A stretch of 41,973 bases of DNA. Source: a bacterium. Its GTDB lineage: Bacteria; JACRDZ01; JAQUKH01. The notes under the pieces are model-generated. The model saw only the letters and a list, made by a program, of their open reading frames with translations, was not told where the DNA came from and searched no databases. Numbering within the stretch: the stretch's first letter is position 1; every line of letters starts with the position of its first letter. The translations under genes and the position numbers were made by a program. The DNA lies in the NCBI GenBank assembly GCA_028719205.1, contig JAQUKH010000025.1, positions 1 through 41,973 on the forward strand. Direction: 5' to 3'. Positions 20,112 through 30,067 of this stretch are shown one piece after another.

Positions 20112-20466
20112 AGATGATAGGGAGTATACTTTATTTATTAGGGATATAATAACGGCTATTAGGAAAATAGAGAAATATACCAATAAATTAACTTATAAGC
20201 AATTTAGCAAAAATGAAATGGTAGTTGATGCGGTTGTGCGGAACTTTGAAATAATTGGAGAATCTATAAGTAATATTCCTCTGGATATTCAAAAAAAATA
20301 TCCGGATGTAGAGTGGAAAGAAGCTAAAGAATTCCGAAATGTCTTAATTCATAATTATTTTGGTATTAATCTGGAATCTGTTTGGGATACAATTGAAAAA
20401 GATATTCCTGCCTTAAAGAAACACATCAAGAAATTATCTAAAGAAATAGATTTAGTAGAAAAGTAG
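20104..20466 (+). CDS. HEPN/DUF86 RNase toxin (HepT-like)
   Basis: DAVVRNFEIIGE and R-X4-H-X-Y motif (RNVLIHNY). Confidence 0.92.
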   Translation: MSKDDREYTLFIRDIITAIRKIEKYTNKLTYKQFSKNEMVVDAVVRNFEIIGESISNIPLDIQKKYPDVEWKEAKEFRNVLIHNYFGINLESVWDTIEKDIPALKKHIKKLSKEIDLVEK

Positions 20467-20572
20467 GTATATTTAGGGAGTCGTAATCCAAAATTATTGG
20501 ATACGAACGCCAAATTGATTAGGTGTTAATAAATTATTTGGATTTGCAAACAGTAAAAATAGAGGGTAAATA

Positions 20573-21658
20573 ATGATCTTAGAAAAGCTTGGGAAAATTG
20601 AAGAAAATTACAAGGATATTAATGCGAGGATTTCGGATCCGGCGACGATCTCGAACAGGGCGGAGTTCCAGCGGCTCGCAAAAATGCAAAAAGACCTGGA
20701 ACCTTTAGTGTTGAGTATTCAGGCATTGAAAAAAATTGAAAATGATATAAAGGAGACAAGAGAAATAATTGAGGATAAAACCTCTGATAAAGAAATGGTT
20801 TTAATGGCGGAGGCGGAGCTTTTAGACCTGGAGGGAAAAAAAGCGGAACTGAGTAAAGAGGTTAAAATAATGCTTTTGCCGAAAGACGCTAACGACGAGA
20901 AAAACGTTATTGTTGAAATGCGCGCGGGGGCGGGGGGGGATGAATCGGCGCTTTTCGTGAGCGAACTTTTCAGGATGTATTCCCATTATGCCGAACGGCA
21001 GCGCTGGAAAATTGAGATCTTAAGCAGCAGCCCTATCGGGATTGGCGGATTAAAAGATATTGTTTTTAATATTATAGGAAAAGGTGTTTACAGTAAATTA
21101 AAATATGAAAGCGGGACACACCGTGTCCAGCGCGTTCCGGTTACAGAGGGAAGCGGGCGGATACATACTTCCACGGCAACAGTGGCTATTCTTCCCGAGG
21201 TTGAAGAAGTGGAGCTGGAAATCAAGCCTGAAGAATTGAAGATCGATATATGCCGCGCGGGCGGGGCAGGCGGCCAGCATGTAAATACCACGGATTCCGC
21301 GGTCAGGATCACGCATCTGCCTTCCGGACTAGTTGTTTCGTGCCAGGATGAGCGGTCCCAGCATAAAAATAAAGCTAAGGGGATGAAGATATTACGCGCG
21401 AGGCTTATGGAGCAAATGATCGAAAAGAAAGAAAATGAAAGGGCCTCAGAGAGAAGGACTCAGATAGGAACTGGAGACAGGAGCGAGAAAATAAGAACTT
21501 ATAATTTTCCTCAAAACAGGCTTACGGACCATCGTATAAAAGTTACACTTTATAAATTACAGGCGATCATGGAAGGCGATCTGGATGAGTTAATAGCTTC
21601 TCTGACCGCTTATGACCATGATGAACAAATGAAGAAAATGGGAGAGGATGTAAAATAA
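20573..21658 (+). CDS. prfA: Peptide chain release factor 1
   Basis: GGQ motif, PVT tripeptide, RTYNFPQNR. Confidence 0.99.
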   Translation: MILEKLGKIEENYKDINARISDPATISNRAEFQRLAKMQKDLEPLVLSIQALKKIENDIKETREIIEDKTSDKEMVLMAEAELLDLEGKKAELSKEVKIMLLPKDANDEKNVIVEMRAGAGGDESALFVSELFRMYSHYAERQRWKIEILSSSPIGIGGLKDIVFNIIGKGVYSKLKYESGTHRVQRVPVTEGSGRIHTSTATVAILPEVEEVELEIKPEELKIDICRAGGAGGQHVNTTDSAVRITHLPSGLVVSCQDERSQHKNKAKGMKILRARLMEQMIEKKENERASERRTQIGTGDRSEKIRTYNFPQNRLTDHRIKVTLYKLQAIMEGDLDELIASLTAYDHDEQMKKMGEDVK

Positions 21659-21659
21659 A

Positions 21660-22532
21660 TTGAAGATAATATTGGAAGAAGAATTAAAAAAAGGGTCAGA
21701 ATATTTATTACGGGCCGGCATTAAACAGTACCGGCTGGAAGCGGAAATCCTTTTGAGCCACATTCTCAAGATCTCGAGGCAAAAGCTTTACATCCAGAAT
21801 GAAATGGAGATAATGGATAGGGATTATGCCGGTTGGATGTCACTTCTGGCTGAAAGAAAAACACTGAAACCTATCGCGTATATCTTAGGCCGGAAGGAAT
21901 TTATGTCGATGGATTTTTTAGTGGATGAAAATGTTTTGATTCCGAGGCCTGAGACTGAATTTATTATAGAAAAGATATTGGAAATAATAAAGGATAAAAA
22001 AATATTTCCTTGGTGGATCGTTGACCTTGGGACAGGCAGCGGCAATATCACAGTAAGCTTGTTGAATTCTTTGACTGAAAGTTTAGTCTTTGCTATAGAT
22101 ATATCGGATAATGCCTTAACGGTCGCGAAAAAAAATGCCGAAAAGTATAAAGTCGAAAACAGGGCGGTATTTTTCCAGGGAGATTGGTTTGCGCCTCTTG
22201 AGGAAAAACACCTGGAAGAGAAAATGGATTTTATTGTTTCTAATCCTCCTTATTTAACGAAAGGTGAGATGAATTCCCTGCCGCCTGATGTGGAGTATGA
22301 ACCTAAGATCGCGCTGGATGGGGGCGATGAAGGGATGAATTTTTATGAAGGGATCATTAATAACAGCCTTCGGTTTTTAAAAAAAGGAGGGTATCTTTTT
22401 TTAGAGATCGGTATCAGGCAAAAAAAGAATATTATTGATATAATAAAAAGATCCGAGGGATATTCTGATGTTGAAGTAATAAAAGATTACGCGGGTTACG
22501 ATCGTATTATTTTCACAAAGAAAAGGATTTAA
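21660..22532 (+). CDS. prmC: Release factor glutamine methyltransferase
   Basis: LIPRPETE, DLGTGSG, SNPPY; follows prfA. Confidence 0.97.
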   Translation: MKIILEEELKKGSEYLLRAGIKQYRLEAEILLSHILKISRQKLYIQNEMEIMDRDYAGWMSLLAERKTLKPIAYILGRKEFMSMDFLVDENVLIPRPETEFIIEKILEIIKDKKIFPWWIVDLGTGSGNITVSLLNSLTESLVFAIDISDNALTVAKKNAEKYKVENRAVFFQGDWFAPLEEKHLEEKMDFIVSNPPYLTKGEMNSLPPDVEYEPKIALDGGDEGMNFYEGIINNSLRFLKKGGYLFLEIGIRQKKNIIDIIKRSEGYSDVEVIKDYAGYDRIIFTKKRI

Positions 22533-23801
22533 ATGGATAAAATTGTTATTAACGGCGGGAAAAAATTAGAGGGTGAAGTTTCTATAAGCGGGTCGAAAAA
22601 CGCGGCCTTGCCCATTATTGTCGGGGTGCTGTTATCAAGCGGAAAAACCCGTTTGGAAAATATTCCGCATTTAAAAGATATTGATACCATTCTTGAGGTT
22701 ATTCGTTACCTTGGCGCGAAAGCGGATTTTATTGATAGGCATACCCTTGAAATTGACGGTAAAAATCTGGATAAAGAAATTGCCCCGTATAATTTAGTTA
22801 AAACAATGCGCGCGTCATTTTTGGTTATTGCGCCGCTTTTGGCGAGGCTTGGCAAAGCTAAGGTATCATTACCCGGCGGATGCGCGATAGGCGCAAGGCC
22901 TGTTAATTTTCATATAAAAGGATTAAAGCAGTTAGGGGTCGATATCGAAGTAGAGGAAGGTTATGTCATTGCGAAAACTAAGGGTTTGCGGGGCGCGAAG
23001 ATCTATCTTGATTTCCCGAGTGTAGGCGCGACTGAAAATCTGATAATAGCGGCTTGTTTAGCTAAAGGTGAGACTATAATTGAAAATGCCGCGTGTGAGC
23101 CGGAAATCGAAGATCTGATTAATTTTCTTTCTCTCATGGGCGCGAAAATTGAAGGCGTGGGGAAAAATGTGATACATATACAAGGTGTCAATAAATTAAA
23201 TCCGGTCAATTACAAAATAATACCCGATAGGATCGAAACCGGAACATTTATGATCGCCGCTGGAATAACTAAAGGCCGGATCAAAATAAATAACGCGGTT
23301 CCAGGGCATAATGAGGCGCTGGAGAAAAAGCTTTTGGAAGTAGGAATGGATATCTCAAAAGGTAAAGACTATTTTCTTGTTAAGGGAGATGGAATATTAA
23401 AGGCAGTAGATATTAAAACAATGCCTTATCCGGGTTTCCCGACAGATATACAGGCGCAGATGATGGCGTTAATGACTGTCACGCCCGGAAAAAGCGTGGT
23501 AAATGAAACGGTTTTTGAAAATCGTTTTATGCATGTTTCAGAACTTAACCGGATGGGGGCTAAGATAGAGGTTAACGGGCATCAGGCGATCGTTGAGGGT
23601 GTTCCCTATTTAAGCGGTGCGCCTGTTCTGGCGTCGGATCTTCGGGCCAGCGGAGCGCTTATTCTGGCGGGCCTTGTCGCGAAAGGGCGTACCGAGATAA
23701 AACGTGTTTATCATCTTGACAGGGGATATGAAAATATAGAAAAAAAATTTTCTTTGTTAGGCGCGGAAATCCGGCGGGAAAAAGATATAGATCTATTTTA
23801 A
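22533..23801 (+). CDS. murA: UDP-N-acetylglucosamine 1-carboxyvinyltransferase
   Basis: GSKNAALP, LPGGCAIGARP, PGFPTD. Confidence 0.99.
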   Translation: MDKIVINGGKKLEGEVSISGSKNAALPIIVGVLLSSGKTRLENIPHLKDIDTILEVIRYLGAKADFIDRHTLEIDGKNLDKEIAPYNLVKTMRASFLVIAPLLARLGKAKVSLPGGCAIGARPVNFHIKGLKQLGVDIEVEEGYVIAKTKGLRGAKIYLDFPSVGATENLIIAACLAKGETIIENAACEPEIEDLINFLSLMGAKIEGVGKNVIHIQGVNKLNPVNYKIIPDRIETGTFMIAAGITKGRIKINNAVPGHNEALEKKLLEVGMDISKGKDYFLVKGDGILKAVDIKTMPYPGFPTDIQAQMMALMTVTPGKSVVNETVFENRFMHVSELNRMGAKIEVNGHQAIVEGVPYLSGAPVLASDLRASGALILAGLVAKGRTEIKRVYHLDRGYENIEKKFSLLGAEIRREKDIDLF

Positions 23802-23810
23802 GGGGTATTA

Positions 23811-25097
23811 ATGGAACTTATTAAAATCAAAACAATAAATGATTGGAAGAATGTTTGCGGTACGTTCCGGCAAAAAAACAAAGATACAAAAAAAGAAGAA
23901 TCAATAGTCCGGAAAATATTAAATGATGTCCAGGATCAAGGAGATAAAGCATTAGTTTTATATTCGCGAAAATTTGATCATCCGAAATTCAGTGTCCGGT
24001 CAATTAAGCTCGGCCATAAAGAAATATCTCAGGCTAAAAAGAATGTCCCGCAGGATTTTATTAAAACCCTGGAAAATGCCGTCAAAAATATAACGGAATT
24101 TCATCGTGAAGAAAAGAGAAGGATCCTTTCATGGGAAAAGAAAAAAAAGGATAGTTTTGTCGGACAAAGAGTTATTCCTATCGAGAAAATCGGTGTTTAT
24201 GTGCCGGGCGGCAGGGCGCCTCTTTGTTCCACAGTTTTAATGAATGTTATCCCCGCGAAAATAGCAGGTGCCGATAAAATAATTTTATGTACCCCATTTG
24301 GGAAAGACGGGAAGATAAATCCTTATATTTTACTGGCGGCTGATCTTTTAGGGATAAAAGATGTATATTGCCTGGGAGGGGCACAAGCGATAGGCGCGAT
24401 GGCTTATGGTACAGAAACTGTACCGAAGGTTGATAAGATCGTAGGGCCCGGAAATATATATGTGGCGCTGGCGAAAAAAATGGTTTTTGGAAATGTCGGA
24501 ATTGATTCCTTTGCCGGCCCAAGCGAGGTTCTAATTATTGCTGATGATTCGGCTGATCCTAGATTTGTGGCGGCGGATCTTTTATCCCAGGCGGAACATG
24601 ACCCGGATGCCCAGTCAGTTTTAATAACAAATTCTTTACTATTAGCTAAATCCGTTAAGAAGGAAATAAATATTCAAAAAGAGTTTTTGTCCAGAAAGAG
24701 TATCATAGACGTTTCTCTTAAAAAGAATGGGATGGTGATTGTTGTTGAAGATCTGGACCAGGCGATTGAATTATCCAACCTCAAAGCGCCGGAACATTTA
24801 GAGCTGATGGTTAAAAATCCATCGGATTTATTAAAAAAGGTAAAAAATGCGGGAGCGGTTTTCCTTGGGGCGTATACACCGGAATCTGTGGGTGACTACT
24901 GGGCGGGCCCTAATCATGTCCTTCCAACCGGCGGTACGGCACGTTTTTCTTCAAGTTTAAGCGTTTATGATTTTATCAAACGGACAAATTATATGTCATA
25001 TTCCAAAAAAGCATTGGATAAAATTAATATAGAAGTTTCAAAAATCGCGGAAGTCGAAGGCCTTACTGCCCATGCAAATTCAGTGAAGATAAGATAA
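23811..25097 (+). CDS. hisD: Histidinol dehydrogenase
   Basis: [27 protein letters not shown]. Confidence 0.98.
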   Translation: MELIKIKTINDWKNVCGTFRQKNKDTKKEESIVRKILNDVQDQGDKALVLYSRKFDHPKFSVRSIKLGHKEISQAKKNVPQDFIKTLENAVKNITEFHREEKRRILSWEKKKKDSFVGQRVIPIEKIGVYVPGGRAPLCSTVLMNVIPAKIAGADKIILCTPFGKDGKINPYILLAADLLGIKDVYCLGGAQAIGAMAYGTETVPKVDKIVGPGNIYVALAKKMVFGNVGIDSFAGPSEVLIIADDSADPRFVAADLLSQAEHDPDAQSVLITNSLLLAKSVKKEINIQKEFLSRKSIIDVSLKKNGMVIVVEDLDQAIELSNLKAPEHLELMVKNPSDLLKKVKNAGAVFLGAYTPESVGDYWAGPNHVLPTGGTARFSSSLSVYDFIKRTNYMSYSKKALDKINIEVSKIAEVEGLTAHANSVKIR

Positions 25098-25121
25098 AAA
25101 ATAATAAAAGAAAATACAACA

Positions 25122-25643
25122 ATGAGCAAAATAGCCCTATTCACGGATGTAAGTATAGATCCAAAATCAAAGATAGGGTTTGGCGCTTATTTAGTTATTC
25201 CGGAATCGGATTTAAGTGAGAATTCATTTGATACGATCAAAGATGAAGTGAAAGTCCGGAAATTTGAATCGACTTCATCAACTAAGTTAGAGATCGAAAC
25301 TGTTTTGTGGGCATTGGAGGAATTAGAAAAAAGTTATAAGATAAAAGATATAGAATGTAATTTATTGATATATACGGATTCTCAATGTATTGACGGTTTG
25401 TTAAACCGGAGGAACAGGTTAGAATATTTTGGGTTTAAAAGTTCAAGAACGAAAAATGAATTACACCATGCTATTCTTTATCGAAAGTTCTACGATCTTA
25501 GTGATCGGATAAAATTTGAAATCGTAAAATTAAAAGGCCATTCAAAAGTAGTTTCAAAAGATTTATTACATAAAATATTCTCAAATGTGGACAAGGGAGC
25601 CAGAAAGGCTTTAAGGGAATATCTGGAAAACACAATTAAATAA
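25122..25643 (+). CDS. Ribonuclease H-like protein
   Basis: FTD, LE, YTDSQ, KGH and VDK spacing typical of the RNase HI fold. Confidence 0.8.
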   Translation: MSKIALFTDVSIDPKSKIGFGAYLVIPESDLSENSFDTIKDEVKVRKFESTSSTKLEIETVLWALEELEKSYKIKDIECNLLIYTDSQCIDGLLNRRNRLEYFGFKSSRTKNELHHAILYRKFYDLSDRIKFEIVKLKGHSKVVSKDLLHKIFSNVDKGARKALREYLENTIK

Positions 25644-25660
25644 TAATTTAAATAAAAAAA

Positions 25661-25686
25661 GGGCAGACACAGGGGTCTGCCCCTAC
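25661..25686 (-). repeat. GTAG-type REP palindrome, probably also a terminator between convergent genes
   Basis: Minus strand reads GTAG-GGGCAGAC-CCCTGT-GTCTGCCC followed by a T run. Confidence 0.7.
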
Positions 25687-25707
25687 AAAAATAAATAAAT
25701 TACTGAA

Positions 25708-25929
25708 TTATACCGCTATTACTTCTTTTACTGACGGTACTTCCTTTTTTAATATTTTTTCTACCCCGTTCTTTAAAGTCATCTGGCTCATGGGGCAGCA
25801 TCCGCAGGCGCCGGTTAATTTTACCTTTACTTTACCGTCGGAGGTTACTTCAACCAATTCTATATCTCCGCCGTCAGCTTTAAGCATGGGCCTTATTTTA
25901 TTCAAAGCAGCTTCAACTTTTTCTTTCAT
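25708..25929 (-). CDS. NifU C-terminal/Nfu-type Fe-S carrier
   Basis: IRPMLKADGGDIELV, GACGCCPMS; ATG at 25929 with GGAGG upstream. Confidence 0.93.
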   Translation of the reverse strand: MKEKVEAALNKIRPMLKADGGDIELVEVTSDGKVKVKLTGACGCCPMSQMTLKNGVEKILKKEVPSVKEVIAV

Positions 25930-25951
25930 TTTGTCCTCCAATGTTTAGACC

Positions 25952-26019
25952 TTTATATTATAGTTAGCGGTATTTGTCAAGTATTTTTTTCTTGACAAGA
26001 ATATTACTAAGAGTATAAT
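25952..26019. promoter_or_regulatory. Back-to-back sigma70 promoters for the nfu and ogg genes
   Basis: Plus strand TTGACA(25992)-16-TATAAT(26014); minus strand TTGACA(25980-75)-17-TATAAA(25957-52). Confidence 0.75.
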
Positions 26020-26041
26020 AATCCCAAGTTAATAAGGCTTT

Positions 26042-26701
26042 TTGGGGTGTGAGATCTTTAATAAAGATTTGGTTAATAAGTTAAAAAAAGATTATCTTTT
26101 GCAAAAAAATAAGATAACGGCAAGAATAAGAGATTTCGATTCAATAGGCAAGAATGGAAATAATAAGGGTATTTTTGTTGAGCTCGTTTTTTGTATATTA
26201 ACACCTCAGTCTAAGGCGAAGTCCTGCTGGGCAGCAGTAGAACGTCTTTTAAAAAATGAACTGCTGTGGAAAGGAACACAAGTTCAAATCGTTAATGAAT
26301 TAAGTGGAGTAAGATTTAAGTACAAAAAGGCCGAGTATATTATTGAGGCAAGAAATAATTTTTTCAACCGCATACCTCTTAAGTCCACACTTGATGACTT
26401 TCCTGATAATATTGAAACTAGAGATTATATAGTAAATAATATAAAAGGTATTGGTTATAAAGAGGCAAGCCATTTTTTACGAAATATTGGAAAAGGGCAA
26501 GACCTTGCAATACTTGACAGGCATATACTAAAAAATCTTGTTATTTATAATGTGATAAATGAGGTTCCTGGTTCTATAACAAAAAATAAATATTTTGAAA
26601 TAGAAAATAAAATGATAAAGTTTTCTAAAAAGGTTGGAATACCGGTTATGCATTTAGATCTTTTGTTTTGGTCTAAGGAAACAGGTGAAATATTTAAATA
26701 A
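26042..26701 (+). CDS. ogg: 8-oxoguanine N-glycosylase/DNA lyase (Ogg2-type)
   Basis: ELVFCILT, KGIGYKEASHFLRN, AILDRHIL, C-terminal Lys; start uncertain. Confidence 0.9.
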   Translation: MGCEIFNKDLVNKLKKDYLLQKNKITARIRDFDSIGKNGNNKGIFVELVFCILTPQSKAKSCWAAVERLLKNELLWKGTQVQIVNELSGVRFKYKKAEYIIEARNNFFNRIPLKSTLDDFPDNIETRDYIVNNIKGIGYKEASHFLRNIGKGQDLAILDRHILKNLVIYNVINEVPGSITKNKYFEIENKMIKFSKKVGIPVMHLDLLFWSKETGEIFK

Positions 26702-26794
26702 GGAGGTGGGAGAAAAGTTAGTTGTTTTTTGCAATGAGTTTTATTAAATTTCTCTTGTGTTTAAAAGAGAGCAATGAGAAAAAGGAGATTTGGA

Positions 26795-27061
26795 ATGGCA
26801 AGTACTAGACTTTATGTAGGAAATTTGAAGTATTCTACAACAAATGAACAGTTACAAGAAATATTTTCTGTCTATGGTGAAGTAAAACAAGTCAATATAA
26901 TTGAAGGCAAAGGTTTTGGTTTTGTTGAAATGTCAAATGAAGAAGAAGCTGAAAAAGCAAAAACTGCATTGAATGGAACTGATTTTTTAGGCAGGACACT
27001 AAAGATCGATGAAGCTCATCCACCGAAAGAAAGACAACCAAGAAGGGATTTCAGAAGCTAA
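26795..27061 (+). CDS. RRM RNA-binding protein
   Basis: RNP2 LYVGNL, RNP1 KGFGFVEM; ATG at 26795 after AAGGAG. Confidence 0.95.
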   Translation: MASTRLYVGNLKYSTTNEQLQEIFSVYGEVKQVNIIEGKGFGFVEMSNEEEAEKAKTALNGTDFLGRTLKIDEAHPPKERQPRRDFRS

Positions 27062-27104
27062 TATCTGAAATTCTTATTTGAATAAATGATAGTTTGATGT
27101 AAAT

Positions 27105-27140
27105 AAAGGGGAAATCTTTAATTAGATTTCTCCTTTTTTT
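27105..27140 (+). terminator. Intrinsic terminator
   Basis: AAAGGGGAAATCT / AGATTTCTCCTTT stem followed by a T run. Confidence 0.85.
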
Positions 27141-27161
27141 ATTTCTTATAACATTTTTATC

Positions 27162-27190
27162 TTGACAAATAGGTTTTTGTTTATTATAAT
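27162..27190 (+). promoter_or_regulatory. Consensus sigma70 promoter of the sulfur operon
   Basis: TTGACA(27162)-17nt-TATAAT(27185). Confidence 0.88.
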
Positions 27191-27219
27191 ATCACTAAAA
27201 CGATAGGAGTAGTAGTGTT

Positions 27220-27663
27220 ATGAGGCTTTCAACAAAAGGACAATATGGTACCAGGGCGATGCTTGAATTGGCTCTTTATAAAGAGGGCCCATTATTGCTG
27301 AGAACTATTGCAAAAAATCAGGATTTATCTGAAAGATATCTTGAGAGGATAATGACTGACTTAATTTCAGCGGGTCTTGTAAGAAGTTTAAGAGGGAAAT
27401 GCGGAGGTTTTATTTTGGCAAAACCCCTGGATGAAATTAAGTTAAGCCACATTATTCAGGCAACAGAGGGATCAATCAGCCCGGTTGATTGTTTGGATGA
27501 TCCTAAATCATGTAAGCGTGTTAAATATTGTGTGACTTATGATATCTGGGGAAGATTGAAAGATGAAATGCAAAAGGTGCTTGATTCAATAACCTTGGCT
27601 GATATGGTCCAAATGCAAAAGAAAAAAACTAAAGAATTAGAAAAAGAAATGTATTACATCTAA
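27220..27663 (+). CDS. Rrf2-family regulator (IscR/CymR-like, three Cys)
   Basis: MRLSTKGQYG, YLERI, S.RG..GGF.LA, C-X6-C-X5-C. Confidence 0.95.
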   Translation: MRLSTKGQYGTRAMLELALYKEGPLLLRTIAKNQDLSERYLERIMTDLISAGLVRSLRGKCGGFILAKPLDEIKLSHIIQATEGSISPVDCLDDPKSCKRVKYCVTYDIWGRLKDEMQKVLDSITLADMVQMQKKKTKELEKEMYYI

Positions 27664-27675
27664 TAAGGAGAAAAA

Positions 27676-28374
27676 ATGACGGAAGATTTAGAGCAAAAAA
27701 CACCGCAGGAAATAATCAAGTGGGCGCTTGAAAAATATCAAAACAAGGTTGCCCTGGCTTCAAGTTTTGGGGCAGAGGATGTAGTTTTGATAGATATGCT
27801 GGTAAAAGTTGCAAAAGAGAATGATCTGGGGGATGTGGAAATTTTTACGTTGGATACCGGCAGGCTGCCTGAAGAGACATATAAATTGATGGATAAAATA
27901 AGAGAAAAATATGGTGTAAATCTGGAAGTTTATTTTCCTGATACAAAAGCTGTGGAGGATATGGTCTATGAGCATGGATTTAATTTGTTTTACAAGAGTA
28001 TTGATTTAAGAAAATTATGCTGCAAAGTCAGAAAAGTTGATCCTTTAAACCGCGCGTTGAAAGGTTTAGACGCATGGATTTGTGGGTTAAGAAAAGAACA
28101 GTCTGTGACAAGGTCTGAAGTTAAAAAAGTTGAATTTCCTAAAGACGGTAAAGGGATAGTTAAAATAAATCCACTAACTGATTGGACGGAAAAAGATGTA
28201 TGGAATTACATAAAAAGGAATGACGTGCCATATAATGAACTTCATGATAAGAATTATCCAAGTTTAGGTTGTGGGCCTTGTACCAGGTCTATTAAACCGG
28301 GCGAGGATGTAAGAGCTGGCAGGTGGTGGTGGGAAAGCCCGAACAAGAAGGAATGTGGATTACATAGTAAGTAA
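27676..28374 (+). CDS. cysH: Assimilatory APS reductase (Fe-S type)
   Basis: SFGAED, LDTG, CC...CGPC cluster ligands, KECGLH. Confidence 0.95.
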   Translation: MTEDLEQKTPQEIIKWALEKYQNKVALASSFGAEDVVLIDMLVKVAKENDLGDVEIFTLDTGRLPEETYKLMDKIREKYGVNLEVYFPDTKAVEDMVYEHGFNLFYKSIDLRKLCCKVRKVDPLNRALKGLDAWICGLRKEQSVTRSEVKKVEFPKDGKGIVKINPLTDWTEKDVWNYIKRNDVPYNELHDKNYPSLGCGPCTRSIKPGEDVRAGRWWWESPNKKECGLHSK

Positions 28375-28382
28375 GCAAAGAC

Positions 28383-28457
28383 AAGTCACAAGTTTCAAGT
28401 CACAAAGTCACAAGAAAAAAAAGTATGTTACTGGTGACGTGGGGACTTGTGCACTGG
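28383..28457. repeat. Tandem heptamers (AAGTCAC) with degenerate inverted copies
   Basis: AAGTCAC at 28383, 28397 and 28405, AAGTTTC at 28390; GTGACTT-like copies at 28427-28457. Confidence 0.7.
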
Positions 28458-28481
28458 AGGCTTTTTATAAAAGGAGCTAAA

Positions 28482-29636
28482 ATGATTCTACCTCATGGTG
28501 GTAAGTTAACAAATTGTGTCAAAATTGGAGATGAAAAAGAAAAGCTTATAAAAAAATCGAAACATTTAAAAAAAATTCACCTCACTCCAAGGGAAATATC
28601 TGATCTGGAGATGATTGCTATTGGTGGATTTAGTCCGTTAGATGGATTTATGAGAAAAAAGGACTATCACAATGTAATAGAGTATAACCGGTTGGTTACG
28701 GGGTTGCCTTGGACTATTCCTATTACTCTAGCGGTTAATAAAGAAGAAGCAGATACTCTTAAAGAAGGCGAAGATGCCGCGCTAGTTGATGCTTCCGGAA
28801 AAGTGCTTGCTATTCTTCATTTGGATGAAAAATATGAATATGACAAAAAAAAAGAGGCCAGATTGGTCTATGGTACAGAGGAAGCAGTCCATCCGGGCGT
28901 AAAAATAGTTTATGAGCAGGGAGAAGTTCTTTTAGCCGGTAAAGTCAGTGTTATAGAATGCCCTAAACATAATGATTTTATAAACTATAGATTAAATCCT
29001 GCTGATACACGGAGGATCTTTAAAGAACGCGGATGGAAAAGGGTTGTCGGCTTTCAGACAAGAAATCCTGTTCATCGGGCGCATGAATATATTTTAAAGT
29101 GCGCGCTGGAGGTGGTTGACGGGTTACTGCTTCATCCTATTGTCGGAGAAACCAAGAGCGATGATATTCCGGCGGATACACGGATGAAATGTTATGAGGT
29201 TTTATTGGAAAAATATTACCCGAAAGAAAGAGTTCTTTTAGCGGTGAATCCGGCGGCAATGAGATACGCGGGCCCGAAAGAAGCGATTTTCCATGCCATT
29301 GTCCGGAAAAATTACGGCTGTACGCATTTTATAGTCGGCAGAGATCATGCCGGTGTTGGAAATTATTATTCTCCTTTCGCGGCTCAGGATATCTTTGATG
29401 AGTTCTCGCATGATGAGATCGGTATAATCCCGCTTCGGTTCGGGAACAGTTTTTATTGTAAAAAATGTGAAGGAATAGTTTCTGAAAAGACTTGTCCTCA
29501 TCCAAAAGAAGAACACTTTTCTCTTAGCGGGACAAAAGTAAGGGATCTATTGAGAAACGGCGAGATGCCGCCGGTTGAATTTACGAGGCCGGAAATCGCG
29601 AAAATTTTGATCGGATGGGCGAAAAATCTGGCATAG
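28482..29636 (+). CDS. sat: Sulfate adenylyltransferase
   Basis: [31 protein letters not shown] at 28482 after AAGGAG. Confidence 0.98.
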   Translation: MILPHGGKLTNCVKIGDEKEKLIKKSKHLKKIHLTPREISDLEMIAIGGFSPLDGFMRKKDYHNVIEYNRLVTGLPWTIPITLAVNKEEADTLKEGEDAALVDASGKVLAILHLDEKYEYDKKKEARLVYGTEEAVHPGVKIVYEQGEVLLAGKVSVIECPKHNDFINYRLNPADTRRIFKERGWKRVVGFQTRNPVHRAHEYILKCALEVVDGLLLHPIVGETKSDDIPADTRMKCYEVLLEKYYPKERVLLAVNPAAMRYAGPKEAIFHAIVRKNYGCTHFIVGRDHAGVGNYYSPFAAQDIFDEFSHDEIGIIPLRFGNSFYCKKCEGIVSEKTCPHPKEEHFSLSGTKVRDLLRNGEMPPVEFTRPEIAKILIGWAKNLA

Positions 29637-29658
29637 GGCAAAGAGCATGGAGCATAGA
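29631..29658 (+). repeat. Four tandem degenerate heptamers (GCAWRGR)
   Basis: GCATAGG GCAAAGA GCATGGA GCATAGA. Confidence 0.7.
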
Positions 29659-29665
29659 GGGAAAA

Positions 29666-30067
29666 ATGATGGAGATTAAGAAAGAATTTATAGCCCAAAT
29701 TATGGAACAGGCAAAAAAGGGGCGTCCCAAAGAGGTTTGCGGAATTATCGCGGGTAAAGAAGGTACGGTAAAAAAAATATATGAAATGGCAAATGTTTCA
29801 GAGACTCCGGAAACATTTTATTTTATGGATTCACAGGAGCAGTTTAAGGTATTAAAGGATATGCGAAATTCAGGGATAGAGATGCTGGGGATCTATCATT
29901 CTCATCCGGCATCCAGGGCTTATCCTTCAGAAGAAGATTGCAGGATGTGCTTTTATCCTGATGCGTTTTACATGATAATTTCGCTTAAGAATTTTGACAG
30001 GCCGGAAATTGGCGCGTTTAAAGTAAATGGGAACAAAATTACTGAAGAAAGATTGGAGATCGTATGA
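29666..30067 (+). CDS. JAMM/MPN+ (M67, Mec-like) metallopeptidase
   Basis: EVCG and YHSHP...PSEED JAMM motif. Confidence 0.93.
   Translation: MMEIKKEFIAQIMEQAKKGRPKEVCGIIAGKEGTVKKIYEMANVSETPETFYFMDSQEQFKVLKDMRNSGIEMLGIYHSHPASRAYPSEEDCRMCFYPDAFYMIISLKNFDRPEIGAFKVNGNKITEERLEIV

Noticed and set aside
20478-20548. Hairpins upstream of prfA as a possible structured RNA
   Set aside because: Short AT-rich stems with no recognisable riboswitch or ncRNA motif
25973-25999. Palindrome TTGTCAAG...CTTGACAA as an operator
   Set aside because: Explained by two back-to-back -35 boxes
28383-28457. Possible CRISPR array
   Set aside because: Units are 7 nt with no spacers; no cas genes in the window
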